Shown here piece after piece: positions 33,058 through 41,318 of a DNA stretch of 47,653 nucleotides; the stretch's first letter is position 1, and every line of letters starts with the position of its first letter. The DNA is from Planctomycetia bacterium. Lineage in GTDB: Bacteria > Planctomycetota > UBA1135 > UBA2386. Under the pieces are notes generated by a model. The model saw nothing but the letters and a program-made list of their open reading frames with translations, had not been told where the DNA came from and ran no database searches. The stretch covers positions 1-47,653 of the forward strand of contig SXPK01000002.1 of NCBI GenBank assembly GCA_005776365.1. Direction: 5' to 3'. The translations under genes were made by a program, and so were the position numbers.

Positions 33058-34050
33058 ATGAAGCCCATTGCCGTGTTGCTGTCCCTCGCGTTCGCGAGCG
33101 TCTCGATCGCCCAAGAACCCGCCGCCAAGGCAACGCCGCTGTCGCCTTTGCCGGCGGTCGCGCCCGCGCCGGACACGAAGGCGAAGAAACAGGAGCCGCC
33201 GGTTTACGACGAGAAGGCAGACGCGAAGAAAGACGTCGCCGCCGCGGTCGCGCGCGCCAAGCGCGAGAACAAGCGCGTCCTGATCCAGTGGGGCGCCAAC
33301 TGGTGCGGATGGTGCAAGTGGCTCGCGGGCACGATGAAGAAGGACGACGCGGTGCGCGGCGTGGTGCGGAGCGAATACGAGGTCGTGCACGTGGACGTCG
33401 CCAAGTTCGACAAGCACATGGACCTCGCCAAAGCCCTTGGCGCCGACCTGCAGGCGATCCCGTATCTCACGGTGCTGGACGCTGATGGCAAGCCGATCGC
33501 ACAGCAGGACACCGAGCCCTTCGAGACCAAAGAAGGCGGCAAGCAAGGTCACGACGCAGCGAAGCTCACGGCGTTCTTGAAGCAGCACGCTGCTTCGCCG
33601 CTCGTTGCCAAGGATGTGCTCGCCGCGGCGCAAGCACTGGCGCGAGAAAGCGATCGCCGCGTGTTCTTGCACTTCGGTGCGCCATGGTGCGGCTGGTGCC
33701 ACCGGCTCGAGGACTGGATGCGGTTGCCGGACATCGCCGCGGCGCTCGCCAAGGACTTCGTCGACTGCAAGGTCGACACCGACCGCATGACCGGCGGGCA
33801 AGAGATGCTGGACGGCTATCGCGCAGGCGCGGGGCTGAAGAAGGGCGGCGGCATTCCTTGGTTCGTATTCCTCGACCAGGACGGCAAGGTCCTGGCGCAC
33901 AGCGACGGCCCGCAGGGCAACACGGGTTTCCCGGCGCAACCCGAAGAGATCGACCACTTCGTCGTGATGCTGAACGCGACCAAGGTCCGCATCACCGATC
34001 AAGACGTCGCTCTGATGCGCGCATCGTTGGAGCCGAAGAAGGACAAGTGA
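33058..34050 (+). CDS. Secreted protein with two tandem thioredoxin-fold domains (WCGWC active sites)
   Basis: The start is taken at in-frame ATG 33058 (MKPIAVLLSLAFASVSIAQE signal peptide). There are two copies of the redox motif in thioredoxin-like context (LIQWGANWCGWCKWL and FLHFGAPWCGWCHRL). Confidence 0.75.
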   Translation: MKPIAVLLSLAFASVSIAQEPAAKATPLSPLPAVAPAPDTKAKKQEPPVYDEKADAKKDVAAAVARAKRENKRVLIQWGANWCGWCKWLAGTMKKDDAVRGVVRSEYEVVHVDVAKFDKHMDLAKALGADLQAIPYLTVLDADGKPIAQQDTEPFETKEGGKQGHDAAKLTAFLKQHAASPLVAKDVLAAAQALARESDRRVFLHFGAPWCGWCHRLEDWMRLPDIAAALAKDFVDCKVDTDRMTGGQEMLDGYRAGAGLKKGGGIPWFVFLDQDGKVLAHSDGPQGNTGFPAQPEEIDHFVVMLNATKVRITDQDVALMRASLEPKKDK

Positions 34051-34068
34051 CCGCGGGTGCCGTCGCCG

Positions 34069-35157
34069 TCAACGCGGCAGCGGCAACTGCGCGGCGACTC
34101 GCGTGAGCTTCTGCAGCAGCAAGTCGTGGCCGAGCGCGTTTGCGTGCGTGTCCTTACGGCTGTTGTACATCGGCAATGGCAGCTCCTCGTCGGTGAAGCG
34201 CAGGTCGCCATAGGGGATCGCGTTCTGCTCGCAGAATGGCTGCAGCGGTTGCAACACCGGCCGCGTGTGGTCGAGCAGCCAGAACGGGATGTCGCGCTGT
34301 CGACACAGGTCGCGGATCGCGAGCAATGCGCGCTGGCTGCGCGGCCAGCCGCGCGGGCCTTTGCCGTAGAGATGTGGCTGGTAGACCGCGCCCTTTGGCG
34401 CGGCGCGTGAAAAGCGTGCGAGCGGGTCGCTCTGAAGCGTGCAGAGCTCCGCAGTTGCAGTCATGCCGACCGAAGCCAGCATCGACGCGAGGCCGGTCCA
34501 CAGGTCGCCGGAGTCGGGAACCGCCTCGTTGGGATCGGGCGGTTTGCCGAGAAGTCCCTCTTCTACGAGGTCGCGCGACGGCTCGATGTCGTTGACGACG
34601 TAGACCAGGAGGACGAGGTCTGGTTGCAGCGCAAGCCCTTGCTCCCGCAGCAACGCGAGTTGCTGCGTCGTGTCGTAGACGAGGTGCCCGGCGTTGCAGA
34701 CTTCGATCTTCTGGTCGCGCTTCGAGTTCCAATCCGCTTCGAACCTGCGGAGAAAGGTCAGGCCGTCGTCGACGCCCCAGCCGAAGGCGACGGAGTCACC
34801 CAGGACGAGCACGCGGAAGGGTCCGCCTTCGCGCCTTGCGCCGAGTTCTGGTCCGCGGAAACCGATCGAGTTGGTCCGCACTCGAAAACTGCCGAGGTCG
34901 AGGTCGAGGTTTGGCCGCAGGCGATACAGGCGGCTGTCCAGGTCGAGGTCCTTGTCGACGTATTGCCGACCCTCCTTGTCCGTCTTGTCCCAGTCGAACT
35001 GCAGGGCTTCGTTGCGATAGCGCCCGAACTCGATGTCGTAGTTCAAGCCGATCGGATCGGTGACTCGCAGCACGGTCTCAGCCGCTGCGCAGGCGAGCAC
35101 GAGCCCGACCGACAGAGCGAGCAGTGGGGCGAAGATGCGGACGATGCGGCGGTTCAT
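34069..35157 (-). CDS. Secreted SGNH/GDSL-family hydrolase
   Basis: The start is at in-frame ATG 35157 (MNRRIVRIFAPLLALSVGLVLACAAA). Block I is VLVLGDSVAFGWG and block V is KDTHANALGH. Confidence 0.7.
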   Translation of the reverse strand: MNRRIVRIFAPLLALSVGLVLACAAAETVLRVTDPIGLNYDIEFGRYRNEALQFDWDKTDKEGRQYVDKDLDLDSRLYRLRPNLDLDLGSFRVRTNSIGFRGPELGARREGGPFRVLVLGDSVAFGWGVDDGLTFLRRFEADWNSKRDQKIEVCNAGHLVYDTTQQLALLREQGLALQPDLVLLVYVVNDIEPSRDLVEEGLLGKPPDPNEAVPDSGDLWTGLASMLASVGMTATAELCTLQSDPLARFSRAAPKGAVYQPHLYGKGPRGWPRSQRALLAIRDLCRQRDIPFWLLDHTRPVLQPLQPFCEQNAIPYGDLRFTDEELPLPMYNSRKDTHANALGHDLLLQKLTRVAAQLPLPR

Positions 35158-35191
35158 CGCAGCGGCACAGCCTACCGCGATCGCGGTCCGT

Positions 35192-36958
35192 TCACTTGCC
35201 CGTGATGGTGGGCAGCACGGTCTTCTTGAGGAACAGCAGCGCAAACGCAGTCTCCACCGAGTTGCCCCAGCTGCCGCTCTGTTGCTGCTGCGCGATCAGG
35301 TGCATCGCCCCTTCGAAGTACCAGTCGCGGCCACCGAGCCAGGCGACTCGATTGAGTTCGCAGGCGCGTTCGAGGCCGTAGAGGTAGTAGTTGTGCCAGC
35401 TGTCCCAGACGTGCGTCGGGCCGGGGTTGCGGCGCACGGTGAGCCTTTGTTCGAGCCAGGCGAAGCTGCTGCGGATCCCGGCATCGATTTCGGCGAACTG
35501 CTTCTGCGTGCCCTTCTTCTGCGCCCGCAAGGCCGCTGCGCAGAGTGAGAGCCCGGAGATTCCTGCCGTCGTCATCGAGCCCGTGAGGTCGTGCCCATCC
35601 TGATAGCCGAAGCCGGCTGGTTGGACCTTCTTGCCGCCGGAGCGTGTCGACTTCTTCCCTTGCTCGATGCGCGCGTGCTCGGCGTGGCTCGTGATGGTCG
35701 GTGCCGTCTCCTTGCCTTCGGGTCGGTCGCAGGCGAGCAGATGCGTGGCAGACGCGGTCCACACCTGCGGCGAGATCGTGACGCCGCACAGTTGCGCGGC
35801 GTAGAGGCCGAGCAGGGCATACTGCGTCGTGCTGTTGTCCCACAGACTTGACGGTCCATAGTGGTAGCGACGCAGGTAGGCGGGGTCAGTCGTCGTGTCG
35901 ATGTTGTCGAGCAGCCGCTTCGCCCATTCCTGAACGAGTGCGAGGTCGCTGGGCGGCAACTTGCGCGACATCGGCGCCTCGATCGTGCCCTCGCGCAGGT
36001 TCTGCCATTCTTGGATCGGAGTGTAGAGCGCCTCGATGGCGAGAATCGCAGCGCCGAGGCTGTAGGTGCCTTCGATGTTGCGACGGCGCAGATCCTCGTA
36101 GCCGCGCTGCACGGTCTCGTGCCTCGAATCGTCGCGGCCCTTGACGATCGCGAGCAGCGACAGCGCGAGTTCGCCGGGGTGGTGGTCGTGGTAGGGATCG
36201 TTGCCAGCGCCTTTGTTGTCGATGCGCTGCTGCAGGTCACGGTCGAGCCAGTCCGCGGCCTTGCGGATCGCTTCGTTGACCATCGTGCGCACTTTGGGGT
36301 CGCTCGGAACGAGGACCTCGTCAAAGGTCCAGGCGTCGCGAAGCGTGATGCGAACCGTGCGGGCTTGATCGAACCACTTCGCTTCGAGTTCGACCCCGCC
36401 TTCGAAGTGCTGAACGCGCCCGTTCTCGCGATCGAGGAGGCGCGAGCCAACGAGTGTGCCGTGCACCAGCGGGCGATGCCCGCGCTCCGCTCCGAGTCGG
36501 GCAGGCTCGGCGTCGTGGATCGTCGCCTTCACCGTCTGCTCGCCACTGGCTTGCAGTGGACCCCATTGGGCGTCGACATCGACCATTGCGTGGACGCTGC
36601 GCAGTTCGACTTTTGCCTTGCCGGCCTTCGATTGCGACAGGTCCAGACAAAGCCGCGGCAGCAGGTTACGCAGATCGCAGAGTGGTTCTGCGGTGCCTTG
36701 CTTCTTGGCATCGAGTTCGCCGTCGAGCACGACGGCGCTGGCTGCGAACCCTGACCAGGGTCGCGAATCCGTTGCGCCTTTGGGCTCACACGTCGCTTCG
36801 ACCACGAGGTCGCGCTCGTAGCGCACTGCGCCACGATCGGGGAGCTTCCAGTGCAGGTCCTGCGCGATCGCCGCTGCGGGTAGCGCCAGCAGGACCAAGG
36901 TGACGACGGTGCTCAAGGCAGCGAAATGCCAGGCGCCCGCTTCCTTCTTGAGAATCAC
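35192..36958 (-). CDS. Secreted alpha/alpha-toroid protein (prenyltransferase/squalene-cyclase-repeat-like)
   Basis: The only plausible start between the upstream gene stop (37000) and the signal peptide is GTG 36958 ((M)ILKKEAGAWHFAALSTVVTLVLLALPAAAIAQD). The C-terminal half has repeats typical of terpenoid-cyclase/prenyltransferase-like toroids (WDNSTTQYALLGLYAA, GSMTTAGISGLSL, YYLYGLERA, QQQSGSWG). The upstream 183 codons of the track ORF overlap the GAF gene. Confidence 0.6.
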   Translation of the reverse strand: MILKKEAGAWHFAALSTVVTLVLLALPAAAIAQDLHWKLPDRGAVRYERDLVVEATCEPKGATDSRPWSGFAASAVVLDGELDAKKQGTAEPLCDLRNLLPRLCLDLSQSKAGKAKVELRSVHAMVDVDAQWGPLQASGEQTVKATIHDAEPARLGAERGHRPLVHGTLVGSRLLDRENGRVQHFEGGVELEAKWFDQARTVRITLRDAWTFDEVLVPSDPKVRTMVNEAIRKAADWLDRDLQQRIDNKGAGNDPYHDHHPGELALSLLAIVKGRDDSRHETVQRGYEDLRRRNIEGTYSLGAAILAIEALYTPIQEWQNLREGTIEAPMSRKLPPSDLALVQEWAKRLLDNIDTTTDPAYLRRYHYGPSSLWDNSTTQYALLGLYAAQLCGVTISPQVWTASATHLLACDRPEGKETAPTITSHAEHARIEQGKKSTRSGGKKVQPAGFGYQDGHDLTGSMTTAGISGLSLCAAALRAQKKGTQKQFAEIDAGIRSSFAWLEQRLTVRRNPGPTHVWDSWHNYYLYGLERACELNRVAWLGGRDWYFEGAMHLIAQQQQSGSWGNSVETAFALLFLKKTVLPTITGK

Positions 36959-36999
36959 CTCGGCCCGCCGGCTTCGACTGGCTGCGCGGCTGGCGCCGC

Positions 37000-37710
37000 T
37001 CAAGCTTGCCGCGAAGGGCCGTCGGCCTGCAGTTCTCGTTGCATGCACGTGGGGCACATGCTGTGGGTGATCGGTATCGCCTTGGCGACGTAGCGATGCA
37101 GGTCGACCCACTCGCCCGTCTCGGTCTTCACGCTGCGGCACCAACTGCACAGCGGCAGCAGCTTGCCGATGGCTTCCAAGTCCACGCGCGCTCGCCGGAA
37201 CTCGATCAGGTCGCCCGCAAGCTGGCGCAGGAGACTGAGTGAGTTCTTTTGCATCGGCGTCAAGGATCGCGGCTTGCTGTCGATGACGCAGACGGTGCCG
37301 ATCGCCGCGTCGCCATCGAGCAAAATCGGCGCGCCGGCATAGAAGCGGATGCTGGGGGCGCCGGTGACCAGCGGGTTGTTGGCAAAGCGCGGGTCCTGCG
37401 TCGCGTCGCCGACGACCATCACGTCGCTGCCCATGATGGCGTGGGTGCAGAACGCAACTTCGCGCGGCGTCTCCGGCGCGCCGAGGCCGACGCGGGCCTT
37501 GAACCACTGCCGCGACTCGTCAACCAGGGACACGATGGCGATTGGCGTCTCGCAGACCGCTGCTGCGAGTTGCACCAGGTCGTCGAATGCCTTCTCGGCC
37601 GCAGTGTCGAGGATGCGCGCAAGGCGCAGTGCCTCGAGCCGTCGAGCCTCGTTCGCCGGCAGTGGATAGGAGCGGGCTGGACGGTGGTCGGGAGGTTTTG
37701 CCACGGTCAT
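37000..37710 (-). CDS. GAF-domain protein with a C-terminal 4-Cys (CxxC...CxxC) motif
   Basis: The start is at ATG 37710 or 37749. GAF-like sequence is present (LVQLAAAVCETPIAIVSLVDESRQWFKARVGL...FCTHAI...RFYAGAPI...GTVCVID). The C-terminus is LPLCSWCRSVKTETGEWVDLHRYVAKAIPITHSMCPTCM. Confidence 0.75.
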   Translation of the reverse strand: MTVAKPPDHRPARSYPLPANEARRLEALRLARILDTAAEKAFDDLVQLAAAVCETPIAIVSLVDESRQWFKARVGLGAPETPREVAFCTHAIMGSDVMVVGDATQDPRFANNPLVTGAPSIRFYAGAPILLDGDAAIGTVCVIDSKPRSLTPMQKNSLSLLRQLAGDLIEFRRARVDLEAIGKLLPLCSWCRSVKTETGEWVDLHRYVAKAIPITHSMCPTCMQRELQADGPSRQA

Positions 37711-37885
37711 TGGGTGCGAGTCATTGTGAGGGTGAAGGATCCGTCGCACACCAGCATGGGGGGCTGCGGAACTCGGATCTCACCTGCCTGCGCAGGGAAT
37801 ACGATGCGCACGATGGCCACCACCGGTCTCGACTGCGAGCGAGAAATCGTCGACTTGGCCATGGCAGGCTGCCGATCAGTGCGAA

Positions 37886-38890
37886 ATGGCGGATCTGGCA
37901 GCACGTAGGCACTTGCAAGTTGCATTCGACGCCGGGCACCTGCTCGAGCGCGGCACGGACGTGGCGCTCTACGACTACGCGCTCGGCAACGAGGAGATCC
38001 TCGGCAACCAGAGCTGGATCCTGTGCCCGGCGACTGCCGACTTGACGGCGTTGGAGAAGTTTCGCGCGCGCTTCTCGGTGCTGCTCTACCGCGATGCCCA
38101 GGCCTTGCAGCACCTGCTCGCGCCGATCGACGTCTACTACGTCATCGATCATGGCGCCGCGCGGCAACGGCCTCGTCCACCGCGCGGCCGCACGGCAGTG
38201 CACTGCGTGTTCGAGTGCAAGGAACCACACGGCGACGTCTACGCCGCGGTCTCGGACTGGGTTGCGCAGCATCGCGGCGACAGCAGCAAACCGCCGGTGC
38301 CGGTGGTCCCGCACATGGTCTGGCTGCCGCAGGCAGAAGGCGACCTACGTGGCGAACTGGGCATTCCGCTTGCCGCGACGGTGTTTGGCCGCCACGGCGG
38401 GCCTTCCACCTTCGACATCCCCTTTGCGCATGCCGAAGTCAGGCGGGCCGTCGACGCGCGTGAGGACGTCTGGTTCGTGTTCTTGAACACGGCGAGGTTC
38501 TGCGCGCCGCATCCGCGCATCGTGCATCTGCCGGCGACAGTCGACATGCAGCAAAAGGCCCGCTTCGTCGCGACCTGCGATGCGATGCTGCACGCGCGCC
38601 GTGAGGGCGAGACCTTTGGACTGTCGTGCGCCGAGTTCTCGATCGGCAACAAGCCGGTGGTGTCCTGGCTCCTGAGCCCGGACCGCTGCCACATCGAGAC
38701 GCTGGGCGACAAGGGCATCTACTACCGCGACGCCGATGGCCTTGGCCGCATCCTGCTGCGGTTCAAGAAGGTGCGCGGCGACTTCGACGCCTACAGCAAG
38801 CGCTTCTCGCCAGCGTCGGTCATGCAGCAGTTCGATCGCGTCTTCTTGCAACCGCAAGCGAACCCGACCCGGCAGCCCGTCCGCGCGTGA
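37886..38890 (+). CDS. Hypothetical protein, possibly a GT-B-fold glycosyltransferase-like protein
   Basis: The ORF is 334 aa with non-shadow composition. The N-terminus (LQVAFDAGHLLERGTDVALYDYALGNEEILGN) and the C-terminal EGETFGLSCAEFSIGNKPVV (EX7E-like region) are reminiscent of GT4-like enzymes. The assignment is weak. Confidence 0.4.
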   Translation: MADLAARRHLQVAFDAGHLLERGTDVALYDYALGNEEILGNQSWILCPATADLTALEKFRARFSVLLYRDAQALQHLLAPIDVYYVIDHGAARQRPRPPRGRTAVHCVFECKEPHGDVYAAVSDWVAQHRGDSSKPPVPVVPHMVWLPQAEGDLRGELGIPLAATVFGRHGGPSTFDIPFAHAEVRRAVDAREDVWFVFLNTARFCAPHPRIVHLPATVDMQQKARFVATCDAMLHARREGETFGLSCAEFSIGNKPVVSWLLSPDRCHIETLGDKGIYYRDADGLGRILLRFKKVRGDFDAYSKRFSPASVMQQFDRVFLQPQANPTRQPVRA

Positions 38891-38921
38891 CTGGATCTCC
38901 GTTCGGGTTCCGTTAGCATTC

Positions 38922-38937
38922 GCCGCCCATGGGCGGC
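38922..38937. promoter_or_regulatory. Perfect 16-bp palindrome GCCGCCCATGGGCGGC upstream of mrfA
   Basis: This was read directly from the sequence. It lies 30-45 nt upstream of the mrfA ATG and 32 nt downstream of the preceding gene stop. It could be an operator or a short GC hairpin. Confidence 0.3.
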
Positions 38938-38966
38938 AGCACAGGGTTCTCGATCAAGGTCCACGC

Positions 38967-41318
38967 ATGGACCTGAACGCGTTCGTGCAGCAGTTGCGGC
39001 GCAACGAGGCCGATGGCCCCGGCATCGTCGAGGCTGCGCGTAGCGAGGAGCCGCGTCCCGCGCGCATGGCGCCCTTTCCCGACTGGGTGCTGCCCGATCT
39101 GCGACGAGCGGTCGAGGGCCGCGGTGCGATCGAGTTGTATTGCCATCAACGTCAGGCCGCGGACGCGCTGCACGCTGGCCGTCACTGTGTCGTTGCCACC
39201 GCGACTGCGTCGGGCAAGTCCTTGTGCTACCACCTGCCGGTGCTCGACGCGCTGCTCCGCGAAGGGTTGTCGGCGCGGGCCCTCTACCTCTACCCGACGA
39301 AGGCCCTTGCCAGAGACCAGATGCGCGATCTCGAAGGATTGCTCGCCGCGGTCTCTCGCGAGGATCTCACGGTCGCGGTCTCCGACGGCGACACGCCGCC
39401 GCCGGTGCGGCAGGCGCTGCGCGAGAAGGGGCATCTCGTGCTGACGAACCCGCACATGCTGCACGCGGGGATCCTGCCCAACCACACGAAGTGGCAGGGG
39501 CTGTTCTCGGCCTTGCGCTATGTCGTCGTCGACGAGTTGCACACGCTGTCCGGCATCTACGGCAGCCATGTCGCCAATGTGCTGCGCCGCCTGCAGCGCA
39601 TCTGCCGGCACTACGGCAGCGACCCGGTGTTCTGCGGCGCGTCGGCGACCATTGCGAACGCGGGCGAACACGGCAAGCGACTGTTCGAGCGTCCGATCAC
39701 CGTGATCGACGAAGACGGCAGTCCACGCGGCAGGAAGCACTTCGTGTTCTTGAATCCCAAGTTGCTGAGCCCGGCGCAGGGCCTGCGCGTGCCGGCGAGC
39801 GAGGCTGCGCGCCAACTCGGCTCGTCGCTGATGGGCAGCGGCATGCAGTCGATCTTCTTCACGCGATCGCGCAACGGCACCGAAGTGCTGCTCAAGTACC
39901 TTCGCGACGATGCGGCAAAGAAGCAGCTCCCGCAGGCCTCGGTCGCCGGCTACCGCGGCGGCTACTTGCCAGAACTGCGCCGCTCCATCGAACGCGGACT
40001 GAAGAGCGGCGAGATCAAGACCGTGGTGTCGACGAGCGCGCTCGAACTCGGCGTCGACATCGGCAGTCTCGACGTCTGCGTGCTGGTCGGCTACCCGGGC
40101 ACCGTGTCGAGCACGTTCCAGCGCGCCGGCCGGGTGGGTCGCCGCACGCAGGAGAGCGCGGTCGTGCTCGTCGCGCGCAGCTCCGCGATGGACCAGTATC
40201 TGTGCCAGCAACCGGGCTACTTGTTCGACGGCCGTCGCGACGCGGTTGCGATCGACCCGGACAACCCGATCATCCTGACCAACCACGTGCGGTGCGCGGC
40301 CTTCGAGTTGCCGATCGACGGCGAGCAGGGTTTTGGGCAGGCGCAGGGCATTGGCGAGGTGCTGGAGTTCTTGGAGAAGGACATGCAGGTCCTCGTGAAA
40401 CGCGGATCGCGCTACCACTACGCGGACGTCACCTATCCGGCAGAAGGCGTGAGCCTCAACGCCGCGGACATGGACAACGTCACGATCCAGGACGTCGAGT
40501 CGCGCACGATCCTCGCCGAGATCGACCGCCCGTCCGCGATCACCGAGGTCCACCAGGGCGCGATCTACGGCCATCAGGGCGACACCTGGATCGTCGAGCG
40601 CTTCGACTACCAGGACCGGCGCGCCTTCGTGCGCAAGATCGACGCCGACTACTACACGGAGGCCGATTCCGAAACCGACGTCAAGGTGCTGCGCGTCGGT
40701 GAGACGCAGGATCACGCTGGCTACGTTGCGCACCGCGGCGAGGTGCACGTCAGCACGCTCGCGAAGGCGTTCAAGAAGATCAAGTTCTACACGCGCGAGA
40801 ACGTCGGCATCGGCGAGATCCAGTTGCCGCCAGAAGAGTTCGAGACCGAAGCCTGCGCGCTCGTGTTGCGCCAAGAACTCGTGGCTCGGCTCGGTTTCTT
40901 GCGCGGCGGCGAGGCTGCGTGTTTGCAGGGCATCGGCGAGTTGTTGCAAGGACTGGTGCCGCTGTTCTTGCGCGTCGATCCCGGCGACGTGAAGGTGCTC
41001 AGTGAAGTGCAGCATCCGCACTTTTTGGCGCCGACGCTGATTCTCTACGATCGCGTGCCGGGTGGCGTCGGCTTGTCAGAGCGCGTGTTCCGCACGCTCC
41101 GCGAGATCCTCGCCGCCGCGCGCGGCGTCGCGCGCCGGTGTCCGTGTGCGTCAGGCTGCCCCGCGTGCGTCGGTCCGCACCCGAGTCTCGGCGCGCGCAC
41201 CAAGCAGGTCGCGATAGCGATCTTGGACGGGTTGCTTGCCGATGCTTCGTCGCCGACGGCACGTGGCCCGAGCGCATGCGACATCGAGGACTGCAGGGAA
41301 GGCGAAGCGGGAACCTGA
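38967..41318 (+). CDS. mrfA: DEAD/DEAH-box helicase with a C-terminal DUF1998/MZB zinc-binding domain (MrfA/YprA-like)
   Basis: The start is at in-frame ATG 38967 (MDLNAFVQQLRR...). Motif I is ATATASGKS, motif II is VVVDELH and motif VI is QRAGRVGRR. The C-terminal Cys cluster is RRCPCASGCPACVGPH. The upstream 77 codons of the track ORF overlap the preceding gene. Confidence 0.8.
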   Translation: MDLNAFVQQLRRNEADGPGIVEAARSEEPRPARMAPFPDWVLPDLRRAVEGRGAIELYCHQRQAADALHAGRHCVVATATASGKSLCYHLPVLDALLREGLSARALYLYPTKALARDQMRDLEGLLAAVSREDLTVAVSDGDTPPPVRQALREKGHLVLTNPHMLHAGILPNHTKWQGLFSALRYVVVDELHTLSGIYGSHVANVLRRLQRICRHYGSDPVFCGASATIANAGEHGKRLFERPITVIDEDGSPRGRKHFVFLNPKLLSPAQGLRVPASEAARQLGSSLMGSGMQSIFFTRSRNGTEVLLKYLRDDAAKKQLPQASVAGYRGGYLPELRRSIERGLKSGEIKTVVSTSALELGVDIGSLDVCVLVGYPGTVSSTFQRAGRVGRRTQESAVVLVARSSAMDQYLCQQPGYLFDGRRDAVAIDPDNPIILTNHVRCAAFELPIDGEQGFGQAQGIGEVLEFLEKDMQVLVKRGSRYHYADVTYPAEGVSLNAADMDNVTIQDVESRTILAEIDRPSAITEVHQGAIYGHQGDTWIVERFDYQDRRAFVRKIDADYYTEADSETDVKVLRVGETQDHAGYVAHRGEVHVSTLAKAFKKIKFYTRENVGIGEIQLPPEEFETEACALVLRQELVARLGFLRGGEAACLQGIGELLQGLVPLFLRVDPGDVKVLSEVQHPHFLAPTLILYDRVPGGVGLSERVFRTLREILAAARGVARRCPCASGCPACVGPHPSLGARTKQVAIAILDGLLADASSPTARGPSACDIEDCREGEAGT

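Noticed and set aside
37896-37911. TGGCAG-N5-AGGCA, with GG-N10-GC spacing, lies on the plus strand near the start of the GT-like gene.
   Set aside because: It lies inside the predicted coding sequence, after ATG 37886. There is no alternative in-frame start downstream, and the -12 block is poor (AGGC rather than TTGC).
38913-41021. Long antisense or off-frame ORFs opposite real genes. Examples are 38913-41021 (702 aa), 6418-8343 (641 aa), 11554-13170 (538 aa), 13167-14729 (520 aa), 42498-44039 (513 aa), 14629-16122 (497 aa) and 3834-5300 (488 aa).
   Set aside because: All are dominated by Arg, Ala, Gly, Pro and Asp/His runs with no recognisable motifs. Each lies opposite or offset to a gene with strong family signatures. 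This is the expected consequence of stop-codon depletion in very GC-rich DNA.
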